A stretch of DNA of 64,000 nucleotides from positions 12,932-76,931 of the forward strand of contig JBGAHG010000033.1 of NCBI GenBank assembly GCA_044226325.1. The letters are read 5' to 3'. This document shows, piece by piece, positions 1 to 9,003 of this stretch (positions within the stretch are counted from its first letter, which is position 1; the number at the start of each line of letters is the position of its first letter). The position numbers and the translations under genes were made by a program. A model generated the notes under the pieces. It worked only from the letters and a program-made list of their open reading frames with translations. It searched no databases and was not told where the DNA came from. This DNA comes from Aggregatilineales bacterium. Lineage in GTDB: Bacteria; Chloroflexota; Anaerolineae; Aggregatilineales; Phototrophicaceae.

Positions 1-228
1 CACCCGCGTGTACCCGACTCATTTGTCGAGATTAACAGCGCTGATGCCAAGAGCATGGGCATCAACAATGGTGACACGGTTCAAATAACCATTGGCGAAG
101 CACTACCGGTCGTAGCACGCGCGCATGTTAATGGTGGTGCGCCAAAAGGTACTGTGGTATTACCGCGTCATTTGGGTGATACTCCAGCACCGCTGACAAT
201 TTCAGCCGGTTCTGTGTCAAAAGCATAA
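1..228 (+). CDS. nuoG: NADH-quinone oxidoreductase subunit G, C-terminal end (partial)
   Basis: Frame 1 is open to TAA at 226-228 and reads HPRVPDSFVEINSADAKSMGINNGDTVQI...GTVVLP, a molybdopterin dinucleotide-binding barrel pattern. It lies directly upstream of nuoH and is absent from the ORF track. Confidence 0.8.
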   Translation, partial: HPRVPDSFVEINSADAKSMGINNGDTVQITIGEALPVVARAHVNGGAPKGTVVLPRHLGDTPAPLTISAGSVSKA

Positions 229-322
229 AACGCTGATCGTTTGTAGGTCAAATTAGTTCATAAAGTGGTGAGGGTTATAGTCCCTCACATATCTTGTAAA
301 AAGAGAGTTGAAGGGGCTTTTG

Positions 323-2152
323 ATGGCTGAATCAACAATGGATAACAATCCAAGAGTGGGATCGAGCAGAGGGTTCCACATTCATCCCGCAGTAATTGTT
401 GGGATACTGTTGGCGATAGTCGTAATTGTTGCCGTCGTATATGATGTGATCAACATGGTTTCCGGTAACGGTGGCGTGATCTATACGATTGGCGACGCAG
501 TGTTGAATTTTATTTTCAACCCGTCACGGCGCGTTTCACCAGCCGACATCATCGTATGCAGCACGAACTCAACTTGTTCGACAGTTCATGCCTTTGTTTA
601 CTCTGCAATCTTGCTGTTGGTGGTGATTACCGGTTTCGCTTATACCACACTCCTTGAACGCAAGTTTATCGCGTGGTTTCAGCAGCGAGTTGGTCCTAAT
701 CGCGTTGGCCCGATGGGCTTGATGCAACCGGCAGCAGATGCCGTGAAACTGATCACCAAGGAAGATATTACACCGGCTGGTGTGTCTTACGCCGTCTGGT
801 TTATCGCTCCGATGATTAAAGCCGTTCCTGTCTTAGTCGTTTTAGCCGTAATTCCCCTTGGCCCGGATATTCTGGTTCCTTGGTTTGACGGCAAGTGGTA
901 CCAAATGGCGTTGGGTTTGTCTGATCCCAGCGTTGGCGTTCTCTATATATTAGGGATTACCAGTATTGGTACCTATGGTATTGTGTTGGCAGGGTGGGCA
1001 AGCAATAACAAGTATTCGATGTTAGGTGGCCTGCGCGCTTCTGCCCAGATGATTAGCTATGAACTGACGCTCGGCCTCGGTATGGCGGTGCCAGTCATGA
1101 TTGTCGGCAGCATGGCTTTGGGCGATATTTCAAAAGCTCAGCCCATGATTTGGAACTGGTTTATCTTCCAGAATCCGTTGTCGGCGGGGATTTTGTTTAT
1201 CGCATTGCTTGCAGAAGTAAGCCGCGCGCCCTTCGACTTGGTTGAAGCCGAGCAGGAATTGACCGCAGGCTTCATGACTGAATACAGCGGTATGAAGTTC
1301 GCTCTATTTATGATGGCTGAATATCTCGGTATGATCGCCGTCAGTATGATTTTCTCGGCATTATATCTGGGCGGTTATCAGGACGGCTTTGGGCTGGTCA
1401 ATAATGTGCCCATACTTGGGCCGCTGGTCATGATCGGTAAAGTCGTATTGCTGCTGATATTCATGATCTGGATTCGTGCGACGCTCCCCCGCATCCGATA
1501 CGACAAGCTAATGCAGTTCGGATGGAAAGTGCTGCTGCCGTTGGCCTTGGTCTCGGTGATCTGGACAGCCATTTCGTTGGTCGTTGGTGACGCATTTAAG
1601 AGTACGTTTGCCTACATCGTTGCTTCAGGTGTCCTATTCGTGATCGTCGCCGGTTCAGGTTGGATGTATCTGCGCCGTTTGGGCAAGACCGAAGAATCAA
1701 GTGAACCTGTCGAAGACATGGCTGATGATCCCATTGTCACAGGCGCAAAGACCGGCCTCGGTTGGAGCATTCTGACCTTTGTTGGTGCGCTGCTGGCTAT
1801 TCCATTTGCGTTGCTGACATTTACGATAAATCAGCTTCAGAAGATTGCGGCTACCAGCCCCACTTACGTTGAGCCGACACCACCTAAGCCCAAAGAAAAT
1901 CCCAGCGTAACCTTTGCTAAGCAGTATGGTACGTTTGGCGGTGCAAGTTTGCCTGCACAAAAGACCATTGCGGCACCTGTGGCAGCCAAAGCTGTAGCAG
2001 CCGAATCGGCTCCCGCAGCCGTTGCGGCAGCACCCGCGAAAGCGGCTCCAGCAGTCGAAGCGAAGCCCGCAGCAGCCAGTGGTCCCAAGCCTAAGTTTGA
2101 TAAACAGGCCATGCTGGATAAGATCCGTGAGAAGAAAGCCAATAAGGGTTAG
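323..2152 (+). CDS. nuoH: NADH-quinone oxidoreductase subunit H with N- and C-terminal extensions
   Basis: LLERKFIAWFQQRVGPNRVGP, ADAVKLITKED, GWASNNKYSMLGGLRASAQMISYE, RAPFDLVEAEQEL, WIRATLPRIRYD motifs. ATG 323 preferred over TTG 308. Confidence 0.96.
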   Translation: MAESTMDNNPRVGSSRGFHIHPAVIVGILLAIVVIVAVVYDVINMVSGNGGVIYTIGDAVLNFIFNPSRRVSPADIIVCSTNSTCSTVHAFVYSAILLLVVITGFAYTTLLERKFIAWFQQRVGPNRVGPMGLMQPAADAVKLITKEDITPAGVSYAVWFIAPMIKAVPVLVVLAVIPLGPDILVPWFDGKWYQMALGLSDPSVGVLYILGITSIGTYGIVLAGWASNNKYSMLGGLRASAQMISYELTLGLGMAVPVMIVGSMALGDISKAQPMIWNWFIFQNPLSAGILFIALLAEVSRAPFDLVEAEQELTAGFMTEYSGMKFALFMMAEYLGMIAVSMIFSALYLGGYQDGFGLVNNVPILGPLVMIGKVVLLLIFMIWIRATLPRIRYDKLMQFGWKVLLPLALVSVIWTAISLVVGDAFKSTFAYIVASGVLFVIVAGSGWMYLRRLGKTEESSEPVEDMADDPIVTGAKTGLGWSILTFVGALLAIPFALLTFTINQLQKIAATSPTYVEPTPPKPKENPSVTFAKQYGTFGGASLPAQKTIAAPVAAKAVAAESAPAAVAAAPAKAAPAVEAKPAAASGPKPKFDKQAMLDKIREKKANKG

Positions 2153-2246
2153 TAGCCAATATCTCGTAATAGATATGCCGGGTATCACCGATCGTCGTAC
2201 TCGGTTTATGAATATGATACAAACGGGTTGAGGAGTGCTTTAGAAC

Positions 2247-2741
2247 ATGAATGTGATACGTGGTTTTACGACAACCTTTAAACATCTGCTAGAAGAACCC
2301 GTTACGATTCAATATCCCGAGCAGGTGCAGGAGTTTTCCGAGCGCTATAAAGGTCGTCATGAACTTAAACGTTACGACAATGGCTTGGAAAAATGTATCG
2401 GCTGTGCGCTGTGTGCAGCTTCCTGTCCTGCAGATGCTATTTGGGTCGAAGCAGCCGAGAACACTGATGAACAGCGCTTCAGCCCCGGCGAGCGTTATGC
2501 TAAAACTTACGAAATCAACATGCTGCGCTGTATTTTCTGCGGTTATTGCGAAGATGCTTGCCCGACCGAAGCCATTGTACTGGGTCATGAACATCGTATG
2601 AGTTTCACGGATCGACGTGATGCCATCTTCACCAAAGATATGCTCATCGACCCGCCGCCTGAAGGGATGCCCGACACACCGCAGCAGGTTGAACCAGGCG
2701 TGTACACGCGATCGATCCCGGATATGCCGAATCCGCTGTAA
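2247..2741 (+). CDS. nuoI: NADH-quinone oxidoreductase subunit I (two 4Fe-4S clusters)
   Basis: CIGCALCAASCP and CIFCGYCEDACP; VTIQYPE; SD GAGGAG upstream. Confidence 0.97.
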   Translation: MNVIRGFTTTFKHLLEEPVTIQYPEQVQEFSERYKGRHELKRYDNGLEKCIGCALCAASCPADAIWVEAAENTDEQRFSPGERYAKTYEINMLRCIFCGYCEDACPTEAIVLGHEHRMSFTDRRDAIFTKDMLIDPPPEGMPDTPQQVEPGVYTRSIPDMPNPL

Positions 2742-2742
2742 C

Positions 2743-2953
2743 ATGAAACTGGATTACTGTCTGGCGCAGCTTACCAACAATCCAAACTATTGTCGAGCAA
2801 ATGGTAGTAGAGATCGAGCATCAGCACGGGCGATATGTTGGTTTCGTGGGTGGCACATGACGTGTTCCATCTTAAGCAGTTACTGAACTTAAATGGGGGT
2901 ATCAGATGCCGCAGCTTGTGCCATATGACCCCGGTTACGCGGGTGACTGGTAG
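2743..2953 (+). pseudogene. Internally deleted, frameshifted DinB/YfiT-family (DinB_2) gene remnant
   Basis: Starts MKLDYCLAQLTNN at ATG 2743. A different frame reads STGDMLVSWVAHDVFHLKQL, then after a frameshift ELKWGYQMPQLVPYDPGYAGDW-TAG (2951-2953), resembling the HDxxH C-terminus of DinB-family proteins. Confidence 0.6.
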
Positions 2954-2980
2954 TAACCATCTCCAATTGATTGACGAATA

Positions 2981-3008
2981 GCAGGGGCGGGCTTAAAATC
3001 CGCCCCTA
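2981..3008 (+). repeat. REP-like palindrome
   Basis: gcAGGGGCGG-gcttaaaat-CCGCCCCT hairpin with a degenerate GTAG head. Confidence 0.6.
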
Positions 3009-3097
3009 ATTGTGTGTTTTGAGATTTGAAGTCTGACGGAGTTTGCGCTAAACTGCACAAACCTTGGCAGTCAGCATCCAAATAGTGGGAATGATAT

Positions 3098-4411
3098 ATG
3101 GAAGCACTGTTTATTATTGTGATGGGTATGGCGGTTTTCGCTGCGGTGGCTATGCTGCTAAGCGATAACGCTGTTCACAGCGCCTTGTTCTTGATTGTGA
3201 ACTTCGCCTGTGTTGCCCTGTTATATCTGATGCTGGACGCACCGTTCCTCGCCATGATACAGATTGCTGTGTATGCAGGCGCGATTATGGTGTTGTTCTT
3301 GTTTGTTATCATGCTTCTCGGTGCCGAGAAGTTGAGTGCACCCGTTCGCCGTTTCCGCTGGTTGGAAATTGTTGGCACGGCCCTGGCGGTCGCTTTCGCT
3401 GTGGTGGCGTTCTACTCCATCATCAGTGGTAAGATTGACTTGAACACGACTGTCACTCGCGAGCCAGAACTGCGTGTGGTACATGCCGCACCATATGCCG
3501 GTGCTGTTGATGTCTATGCCAATGGTGAATTGTTCGCCAGCAATTTGGGTTTCGGCAAGTCAACCGATTTCAAAGCCGTGCCCGCCGGTGATTACACCAT
3601 TACGCTTAACCCCGCTGGAACGACCACTGTTTCCCAAACTGTGACGGTCAAACTTCCCGCTGATAGCAATCGTCAAGCCAATGCTTACACAGCCGTCGCT
3701 TACGGTGGATCACAAAGTACGCCACCCAGCGTCAGCTTGGTTGAAAGTAACTTAGAGTCGGTTGACGCCCGTACCGCCCGCTTATCCGTGTTTAATGGCA
3801 CTAGTCAACCGGTTAATTTGGTTGATTTTGGCTCTGACTCGGACAAGAGTGAAGCCAAGCTCGATTTGCGTGACGACCATATTGTCCAGGCTAATATTCA
3901 ATCTGGCTCGCTGGTCGAACTGCCCTTGTTACCAGAAGATACTTCCATGCGCTCATGGGTTTTCACAGGCGTCGATGATAATCAAAAAGATCTGAGTAAA
4001 CTGCCGCAAATAGCTACGCTCAATAATGCTGAAGTTTACACAGTCAAGCGCGACACAGCACAGTTGCTGGTGTTGGGGACAGAAACGTTAATTGGTGGCG
4101 GCATACGTAATGTAGCCATCACGCTTGTTGATAAAGCAGTCGAGCCGTTTGGCAGCCCACAGGCGATTGGTAATCTGCTGTTTAGCAAGTATATGTTGCC
4201 CTTCCAATTGATCGCTATCTTGCTGTTGGCCGCGATGGTTGGCGCAATTGCCTTGACGCACAAGGAAGGCTTCCAACCCCGTCGTCGTGATGTTCGCCGC
4301 AAGGTGATGAAGCCGCTAACAAACGTTATCGGTGATCAGATTGGTCAAGATGTAACCGGCGAAGCTGTACCGCGTTTGCCAGCACAGCAGACCGAACCCG
4401 CGGGTGATTAA
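3098..4411 (+). CDS. nuoJ: NADH-quinone oxidoreductase subunit J with inserted DUF4397-like extracytoplasmic domain
   Basis: NAVHSALFL and QIAVYAGAIMVLFLFVIMLL at the N-terminus, IGNLLFSKYMLPFQLIAILLLAAMVGAIAL near the C-terminus. A ~235-aa soluble insert between them begins LRVVHAAPYAGAVDVYANG. Confidence 0.93.
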   Translation: MEALFIIVMGMAVFAAVAMLLSDNAVHSALFLIVNFACVALLYLMLDAPFLAMIQIAVYAGAIMVLFLFVIMLLGAEKLSAPVRRFRWLEIVGTALAVAFAVVAFYSIISGKIDLNTTVTREPELRVVHAAPYAGAVDVYANGELFASNLGFGKSTDFKAVPAGDYTITLNPAGTTTVSQTVTVKLPADSNRQANAYTAVAYGGSQSTPPSVSLVESNLESVDARTARLSVFNGTSQPVNLVDFGSDSDKSEAKLDLRDDHIVQANIQSGSLVELPLLPEDTSMRSWVFTGVDDNQKDLSKLPQIATLNNAEVYTVKRDTAQLLVLGTETLIGGGIRNVAITLVDKAVEPFGSPQAIGNLLFSKYMLPFQLIAILLLAAMVGAIALTHKEGFQPRRRDVRRKVMKPLTNVIGDQIGQDVTGEAVPRLPAQQTEPAGD

Positions 4412-4415
4412 TTCT

Positions 4416-4441
4416 GTAGGGATACGGCATGCCGTGTCCGT
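4416..4441 (+). repeat. GTAG-type REP palindrome
   Basis: GTAG-GGATACGGCA-TGCCGTGTCC-GT; related copies at 24049 and 42882. Confidence 0.7.
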
Positions 4442-4476
4442 ATTGTATGTGACCTGATTTCAGGAGCGATTGAAGA

Positions 4477-4779
4477 ATGCTTCATACAACCGATTTTGTG
4501 ATATTGAGTGCGGTGTTGTTTATTCTGGGTGCGATGGGTGTGCTGCTGCGCCGTAACGCCATCCTGCTATTCATGTCGGTTGAACTGATGTTGAATGCTT
4601 CCAATCTAGCGTTGGTAGCGTTTGCGAAACAGTGGAACCAGATGGAAGGCCACCTGTTCGTGTTTTTCGTAATCGCTGTCGCAGCAGCAGAAGTCGCAGT
4701 GGGGTTGGCACTAATCGTGGCGATTTTCCACAGCAAGAATAGCATTAACGTCGACGAATTGCACCAGATGGAAGGCTAG
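4477..4779 (+). CDS. nuoK: NADH-quinone oxidoreductase subunit K
   Basis: RRNAILLFMSVELMLNASNL and VAAAEVAVGLAL; 100 aa. Confidence 0.97.
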   Translation: MLHTTDFVILSAVLFILGAMGVLLRRNAILLFMSVELMLNASNLALVAFAKQWNQMEGHLFVFFVIAVAAAEVAVGLALIVAIFHSKNSINVDELHQMEG

Positions 4780-4851
4780 GATAGGGCAGTCGTGTCTATT
4801 GTCTCGACCGGACAATAAGCGGATACGGTTTGCTCGTTACAGAGGGGCATT

Positions 4852-7302
4852 ATGGAAAATTACCCGTCATTAGTGACACTCATTCTTTTTATCCCGCTGA
4901 TCGGGTTTATTATTAACCTGTTTGTGGGGCCGCGACTGGGCGAACGGTTGTCCAGCATCCTCGGTACGACAGCCGCATTGCTGTCGTTCGGCGTAGCGGT
5001 GCTGTTATGGACCTACTTGCGCGGTAGTGGTTACGAATCAGCGGTGATTAATCCGCCATTCCTCAATGGTTGGATACAGATTGGTTCGGCTAACGTCAGC
5101 ATTCCCTGGCAGTTGCGCGTGGATACACTTAGCGTGACTATGATGCTGGTCGTCACCGGTGTCGGTTCACTCATCCACATTTACTCAATCGGTTATATGC
5201 ACGGCGATCCGCGCTTTACCCGTTTCTTCACTTATCTCAACCTCTTCCTGTTCTTCATGCTCATTCTGGTAGTTGGCAACAATTTCCTGATGATGTTCGT
5301 GGGATGGGAGGGCGTGGGCTTATGTTCGTTCCTCCTAATTGGTTTCTGGTTCGACCGTACCAAAGGTGTCGGTTGGAGAAACAGTAACGCTGCCCGTAAA
5401 GCCATGATCGCCAACCGTGTTGGAGACTTCGGCGTTTTGATGGCTGTTTTCATGATTTTCTGGACGTTCGGCACACTGGATTATTTCCGCCCTGGCGAAA
5501 TTACCAATGTCGAAATGACAGAGGCTGAACACGCTGCTGTGACAACTGAAGGCGCTGCAACCGGTGAACAGGCTGCTGTTACTCCCGCTGAAGGTGAAGC
5601 AGCTACAACGACCGAAGGCGCAGTACACACGACAGAGATTGCCGCACCGGTCTATCTGAACAATGAACACATTCCGACCGAACAACTGGGTGTTTTTGGA
5701 CAAGCCGAGCGCATGGTGAAAGAAAATCATCAGGTCAATTTCGGCCCGTTCTCACTGCCGATTGATACAGTTCTGGTCATTATTACCCTCTTTATGCTCT
5801 TGGGTGCAACTGGTAAATCGGCGCAAATCCCATTGTTTGTTTGGCTGCCCGACGCTATGGCAGGTCCAACACCCGTCAGCGCACTGATCCATGCCGCGAC
5901 GATGGTGACCGCTGGCGTGTATATGATGTGCCGCAGTAACGTTTTCTTCTTCAACGCCGAATTCACATCCTTCATTGTTGCTATCATTGGCGCGACGACC
6001 GCTATCATGGCGGGTTATGTCGCGTTGGGGCAGTGGGACATCAAACGTGTTCTTGCTTACAGTACCGTTAGCCAGCTTGGTTTCATGGTGGCAGCGGTCG
6101 GTGTCGGCGCATACAGCGCGGCGATGTTCCATCTGGTGACACATGCCTTCTTCAAAGCGCTCTTGTTCCTTGGCAGCGGCTCCGTCATTCACGGTATGGA
6201 ACATGGACACCATCTGGCGCACGAACGCACCAGTGGGCATGGTCATGACGAACACGGTCATGATGCCCACGATGCACATGGCGACGCTCACGGCGATGAA
6301 CATCATGACGACCACGAATTTGACCCGCAGGACATGCGCAACATGGGTGGGTTGGTTCGCAAGATGCCCATCACCTTCATCACGTATTTAATTGGTACCC
6401 TCGCGCTTGCAGGTATCTTCCCGCTAGCAGGTTTCTGGTCGAAAGACGAAATTCTAGCTGATGCATGGCTGCGTGGTTTAGAAGGTGGAACGTTCCTGAA
6501 GTCCGCGGGTGGCTACATTGCCTTCATTCTGCTGTTGGCTGCGGCGGGTTTCACGGCCTTCTACATGTGGCGTCAGATCGAGATGGTGTTCTTTGGCGGT
6601 GCGCGTACCGAAGCCGCTGACCATGCACCTGAGAGTGTCGCGTCGATGACCTTCCCATTGATCGTGCTGGCAGTTCTCAGCGTGTTTGGTGGTTTTATCA
6701 ATACCCCGGCCAATGTGCTCGGGCTGGAAAATATATTTACCGCTCACAACTTCACCCAATGGCTGGAACACAGCATTGTCCATGCACATGCGGCCCCTTT
6801 CCAACCCGGCATCGCGATCTTTGCGCTTGGTTTGGCGATTGTAGCGATTTTCGCGGCGCGCTCGATTTACGGACAGGGCAAGTCGGCCCATGTTGAAGAT
6901 CATGATCCTTTGATTGATCGTATCCCATCCGGTGGCGCGGCTATCTTCGGATTGGCAAACGCGCGTCTTTATTGGGACGAAACCTATTTCCGCTTGTTCG
7001 AGAATCCTTTTAACAAGATGTCCCAATTCTTGGCGAATACCTTGGATTGGCGCTTCTGGCACGACTATTTCCACGATGTCGTAATTGGCAAAGGCTTTAC
7101 CAGCATTGCTCAATTATTAGCCAAGCCGGTTGATTTGGGCATCATTGACGGTTTGGTAAATGACGTTGGCTTGGTTGTCAAATGGATTAGTGGACGTGTT
7201 CGGCTCGTACAAACAGGTTATGTTCGCACATATGCTGTCAGCTTTTTGCTGGGTGTAGTGCTGGTAATTGTGATTTTGATACTCCCTGCCCTGCAACGGT
7301 AG
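4852..7302 (+). CDS. nuoL: NADH-quinone oxidoreductase subunit L (with insertions)
   Basis: FVGWEGVGLCSFLLIGFW, GKSAQIPLFVWLPDAMAGPTPVSALIHAATMV, HAFFKALLFLGSG, QDMRNMGGL, QTGYVRTYA. Confidence 0.97.
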   Translation: MENYPSLVTLILFIPLIGFIINLFVGPRLGERLSSILGTTAALLSFGVAVLLWTYLRGSGYESAVINPPFLNGWIQIGSANVSIPWQLRVDTLSVTMMLVVTGVGSLIHIYSIGYMHGDPRFTRFFTYLNLFLFFMLILVVGNNFLMMFVGWEGVGLCSFLLIGFWFDRTKGVGWRNSNAARKAMIANRVGDFGVLMAVFMIFWTFGTLDYFRPGEITNVEMTEAEHAAVTTEGAATGEQAAVTPAEGEAATTTEGAVHTTEIAAPVYLNNEHIPTEQLGVFGQAERMVKENHQVNFGPFSLPIDTVLVIITLFMLLGATGKSAQIPLFVWLPDAMAGPTPVSALIHAATMVTAGVYMMCRSNVFFFNAEFTSFIVAIIGATTAIMAGYVALGQWDIKRVLAYSTVSQLGFMVAAVGVGAYSAAMFHLVTHAFFKALLFLGSGSVIHGMEHGHHLAHERTSGHGHDEHGHDAHDAHGDAHGDEHHDDHEFDPQDMRNMGGLVRKMPITFITYLIGTLALAGIFPLAGFWSKDEILADAWLRGLEGGTFLKSAGGYIAFILLLAAAGFTAFYMWRQIEMVFFGGARTEAADHAPESVASMTFPLIVLAVLSVFGGFINTPANVLGLENIFTAHNFTQWLEHSIVHAHAAPFQPGIAIFALGLAIVAIFAARSIYGQGKSAHVEDHDPLIDRIPSGGAAIFGLANARLYWDETYFRLFENPFNKMSQFLANTLDWRFWHDYFHDVVIGKGFTSIAQLLAKPVDLGIIDGLVNDVGLVVKWISGRVRLVQTGYVRTYAVSFLLGVVLVIVILILPALQR

Positions 7303-7368
7303 GTTAGATATAATGGCTTTTGTGTGGTTCAGTAATGAACGCAACCGGATTTTGAGGAGAGCGTACTT

Positions 7369-8928
7369 ATGGTAAGTTCCGCGATTTCGCTCTCGACAGT
7401 GGTGTTATTTCTCCCACTGATCGGGATTATCCCGCTGTTACTCATGCGTGAGCAGGGTGCAGATGGACACAGCAACGAGAATCTTAAATGGACAGCACTC
7501 GGTTTCAGCGGCGTTGCCTTTATCGCTTCGCTGGTGATGTGGGCGACCTTTAATGCCTCCGACCCCGGTTTGCAATTTGCACAGCGAATCGAGTGGATAC
7601 CGAGCATTGGTATTAGTTTTTCTATCGGTGTGGATGGCATAAGTATCCTGCTGATTGTGCTGACGACCTTTATTATGCCGGTTGCTATTCTCAGCTCGTT
7701 CACGGCTCATGTCATACACGAGCGGGGACGCGAACGTCTGTATTACATATTTATGCTCCTGCTGGAATTCGCTATGCTGGGCGTGTTCATGGCGCAAGAT
7801 CTGTTCATGTTCTACATCTTCTGGGAAGTGACGCTGGTTCCGATGTACTTCCTCATCGGCATTTGGGGTGCGGAACGCCGCATTTATGCAGCGGTCAAGT
7901 TCTTCCTGTATACGATGGCTGGCTCAATCTTGATGCTGCTGGCAATCCTGTATGTGGGCATCAACGCGGGGACCTTCTCGCTGCCGGAAATCACTACCCT
8001 TATCCAAACAGGCAAGTTGGTTTTCCCCTTCAGCGGCACCTTTAGCACACAGTCATTTCTGTTTCTCGGTTTCTTGATCGCCTTCGCTATCAAGGTTCCG
8101 ATTTGGCCGTTCCATAGCTGGTTGCCAGATGCGCACGTTCAATCACCCACTGCTGGTTCGGTCATTCTAGCCGGCGTATTACTTAAGCTTGGTGCTTACG
8201 GTATCATTCGCTTCTGTCTTCCCTTGTTCCCACAAGCCGCACATGCATGGGCGCCCTTCGTAGCGACCCTTGCCGTCATCGGAATCATCTATGGCGCTTG
8301 GGTGACTTACGCACAAACCGACGTGAAGAAGTTGGTTGCCTATTCATCCGTTAGCCATATGGGTTTCGTGATTTTAGGTATCTTTGCCCTGAATAGCATC
8401 GGCATTCAAGGCGCAATCCTGCAAATGGTCAATCATGGCATCAGCACAGGCGGCTTGTTCTTGCTCGTCGGTGTCCTCTACGAACGTCGCCATACTAAAG
8501 ACATCGCTGCTTATGGCGGTATCTGGAAGGTGCTGCCAGTATTCGGCGGATTAAGCCTTCTCATCACATTGAGCAGTATGGGTCTGCCCGGATTGAACGG
8601 TTTCGTTGGTGAATTTACGATTTTGATGGGTTCGCTCGGCAGCACCACACTGGGTTTCTTCTTCACCTTATTTGCTACCCTGGGCGTTATCCTTTCAGCA
8701 GTCTACATGCTCTACATGTATCAGAAGGTGTTCATGGGCGAAGTGACTCATGAAGAAAATAAGCACCTTGAAGGACTAAAATGGCAGGAAACAGCCGTCT
8801 TGGTCGCCATGATCGTCGTCATCATCTGGATCGGTGTGCAACCCAAGACCTTCTTCGACTCGATGGGCCCAACCGTTAATCAGGTGGCACAGAACGTTAA
8901 CAGCGTAGCGAGCACCGTGCTGCGCTAA
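7369..8928 (+). CDS. nuoM: NADH-quinone oxidoreductase subunit M
   Basis: FYIFWEVTLVPMYFLIGIWG, IKVPIWPFHSWLPDAH, KKLVAYSSVSHMG, GLPGLNGFVGEF. Confidence 0.97.
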   Translation: MVSSAISLSTVVLFLPLIGIIPLLLMREQGADGHSNENLKWTALGFSGVAFIASLVMWATFNASDPGLQFAQRIEWIPSIGISFSIGVDGISILLIVLTTFIMPVAILSSFTAHVIHERGRERLYYIFMLLLEFAMLGVFMAQDLFMFYIFWEVTLVPMYFLIGIWGAERRIYAAVKFFLYTMAGSILMLLAILYVGINAGTFSLPEITTLIQTGKLVFPFSGTFSTQSFLFLGFLIAFAIKVPIWPFHSWLPDAHVQSPTAGSVILAGVLLKLGAYGIIRFCLPLFPQAAHAWAPFVATLAVIGIIYGAWVTYAQTDVKKLVAYSSVSHMGFVILGIFALNSIGIQGAILQMVNHGISTGGLFLLVGVLYERRHTKDIAAYGGIWKVLPVFGGLSLLITLSSMGLPGLNGFVGEFTILMGSLGSTTLGFFFTLFATLGVILSAVYMLYMYQKVFMGEVTHEENKHLEGLKWQETAVLVAMIVVIIWIGVQPKTFFDSMGPTVNQVAQNVNSVASTVLR

Positions 8929-8941
8929 GCATTATGTAGAG

Positions 8942-8967
8942 GTTGGGGCGGATGAGTGTATCCGCCC
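8942..8967 (+). repeat. REP-like hairpin between nuoM and nuoN
   Basis: GGGCGGAT-gagtgt-ATCCGCCC. Confidence 0.5.
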
Positions 8968-9003
8968 TTCTATTGAAGAGCCTCAACTTTTTAGGGGTAG
9001 ATT

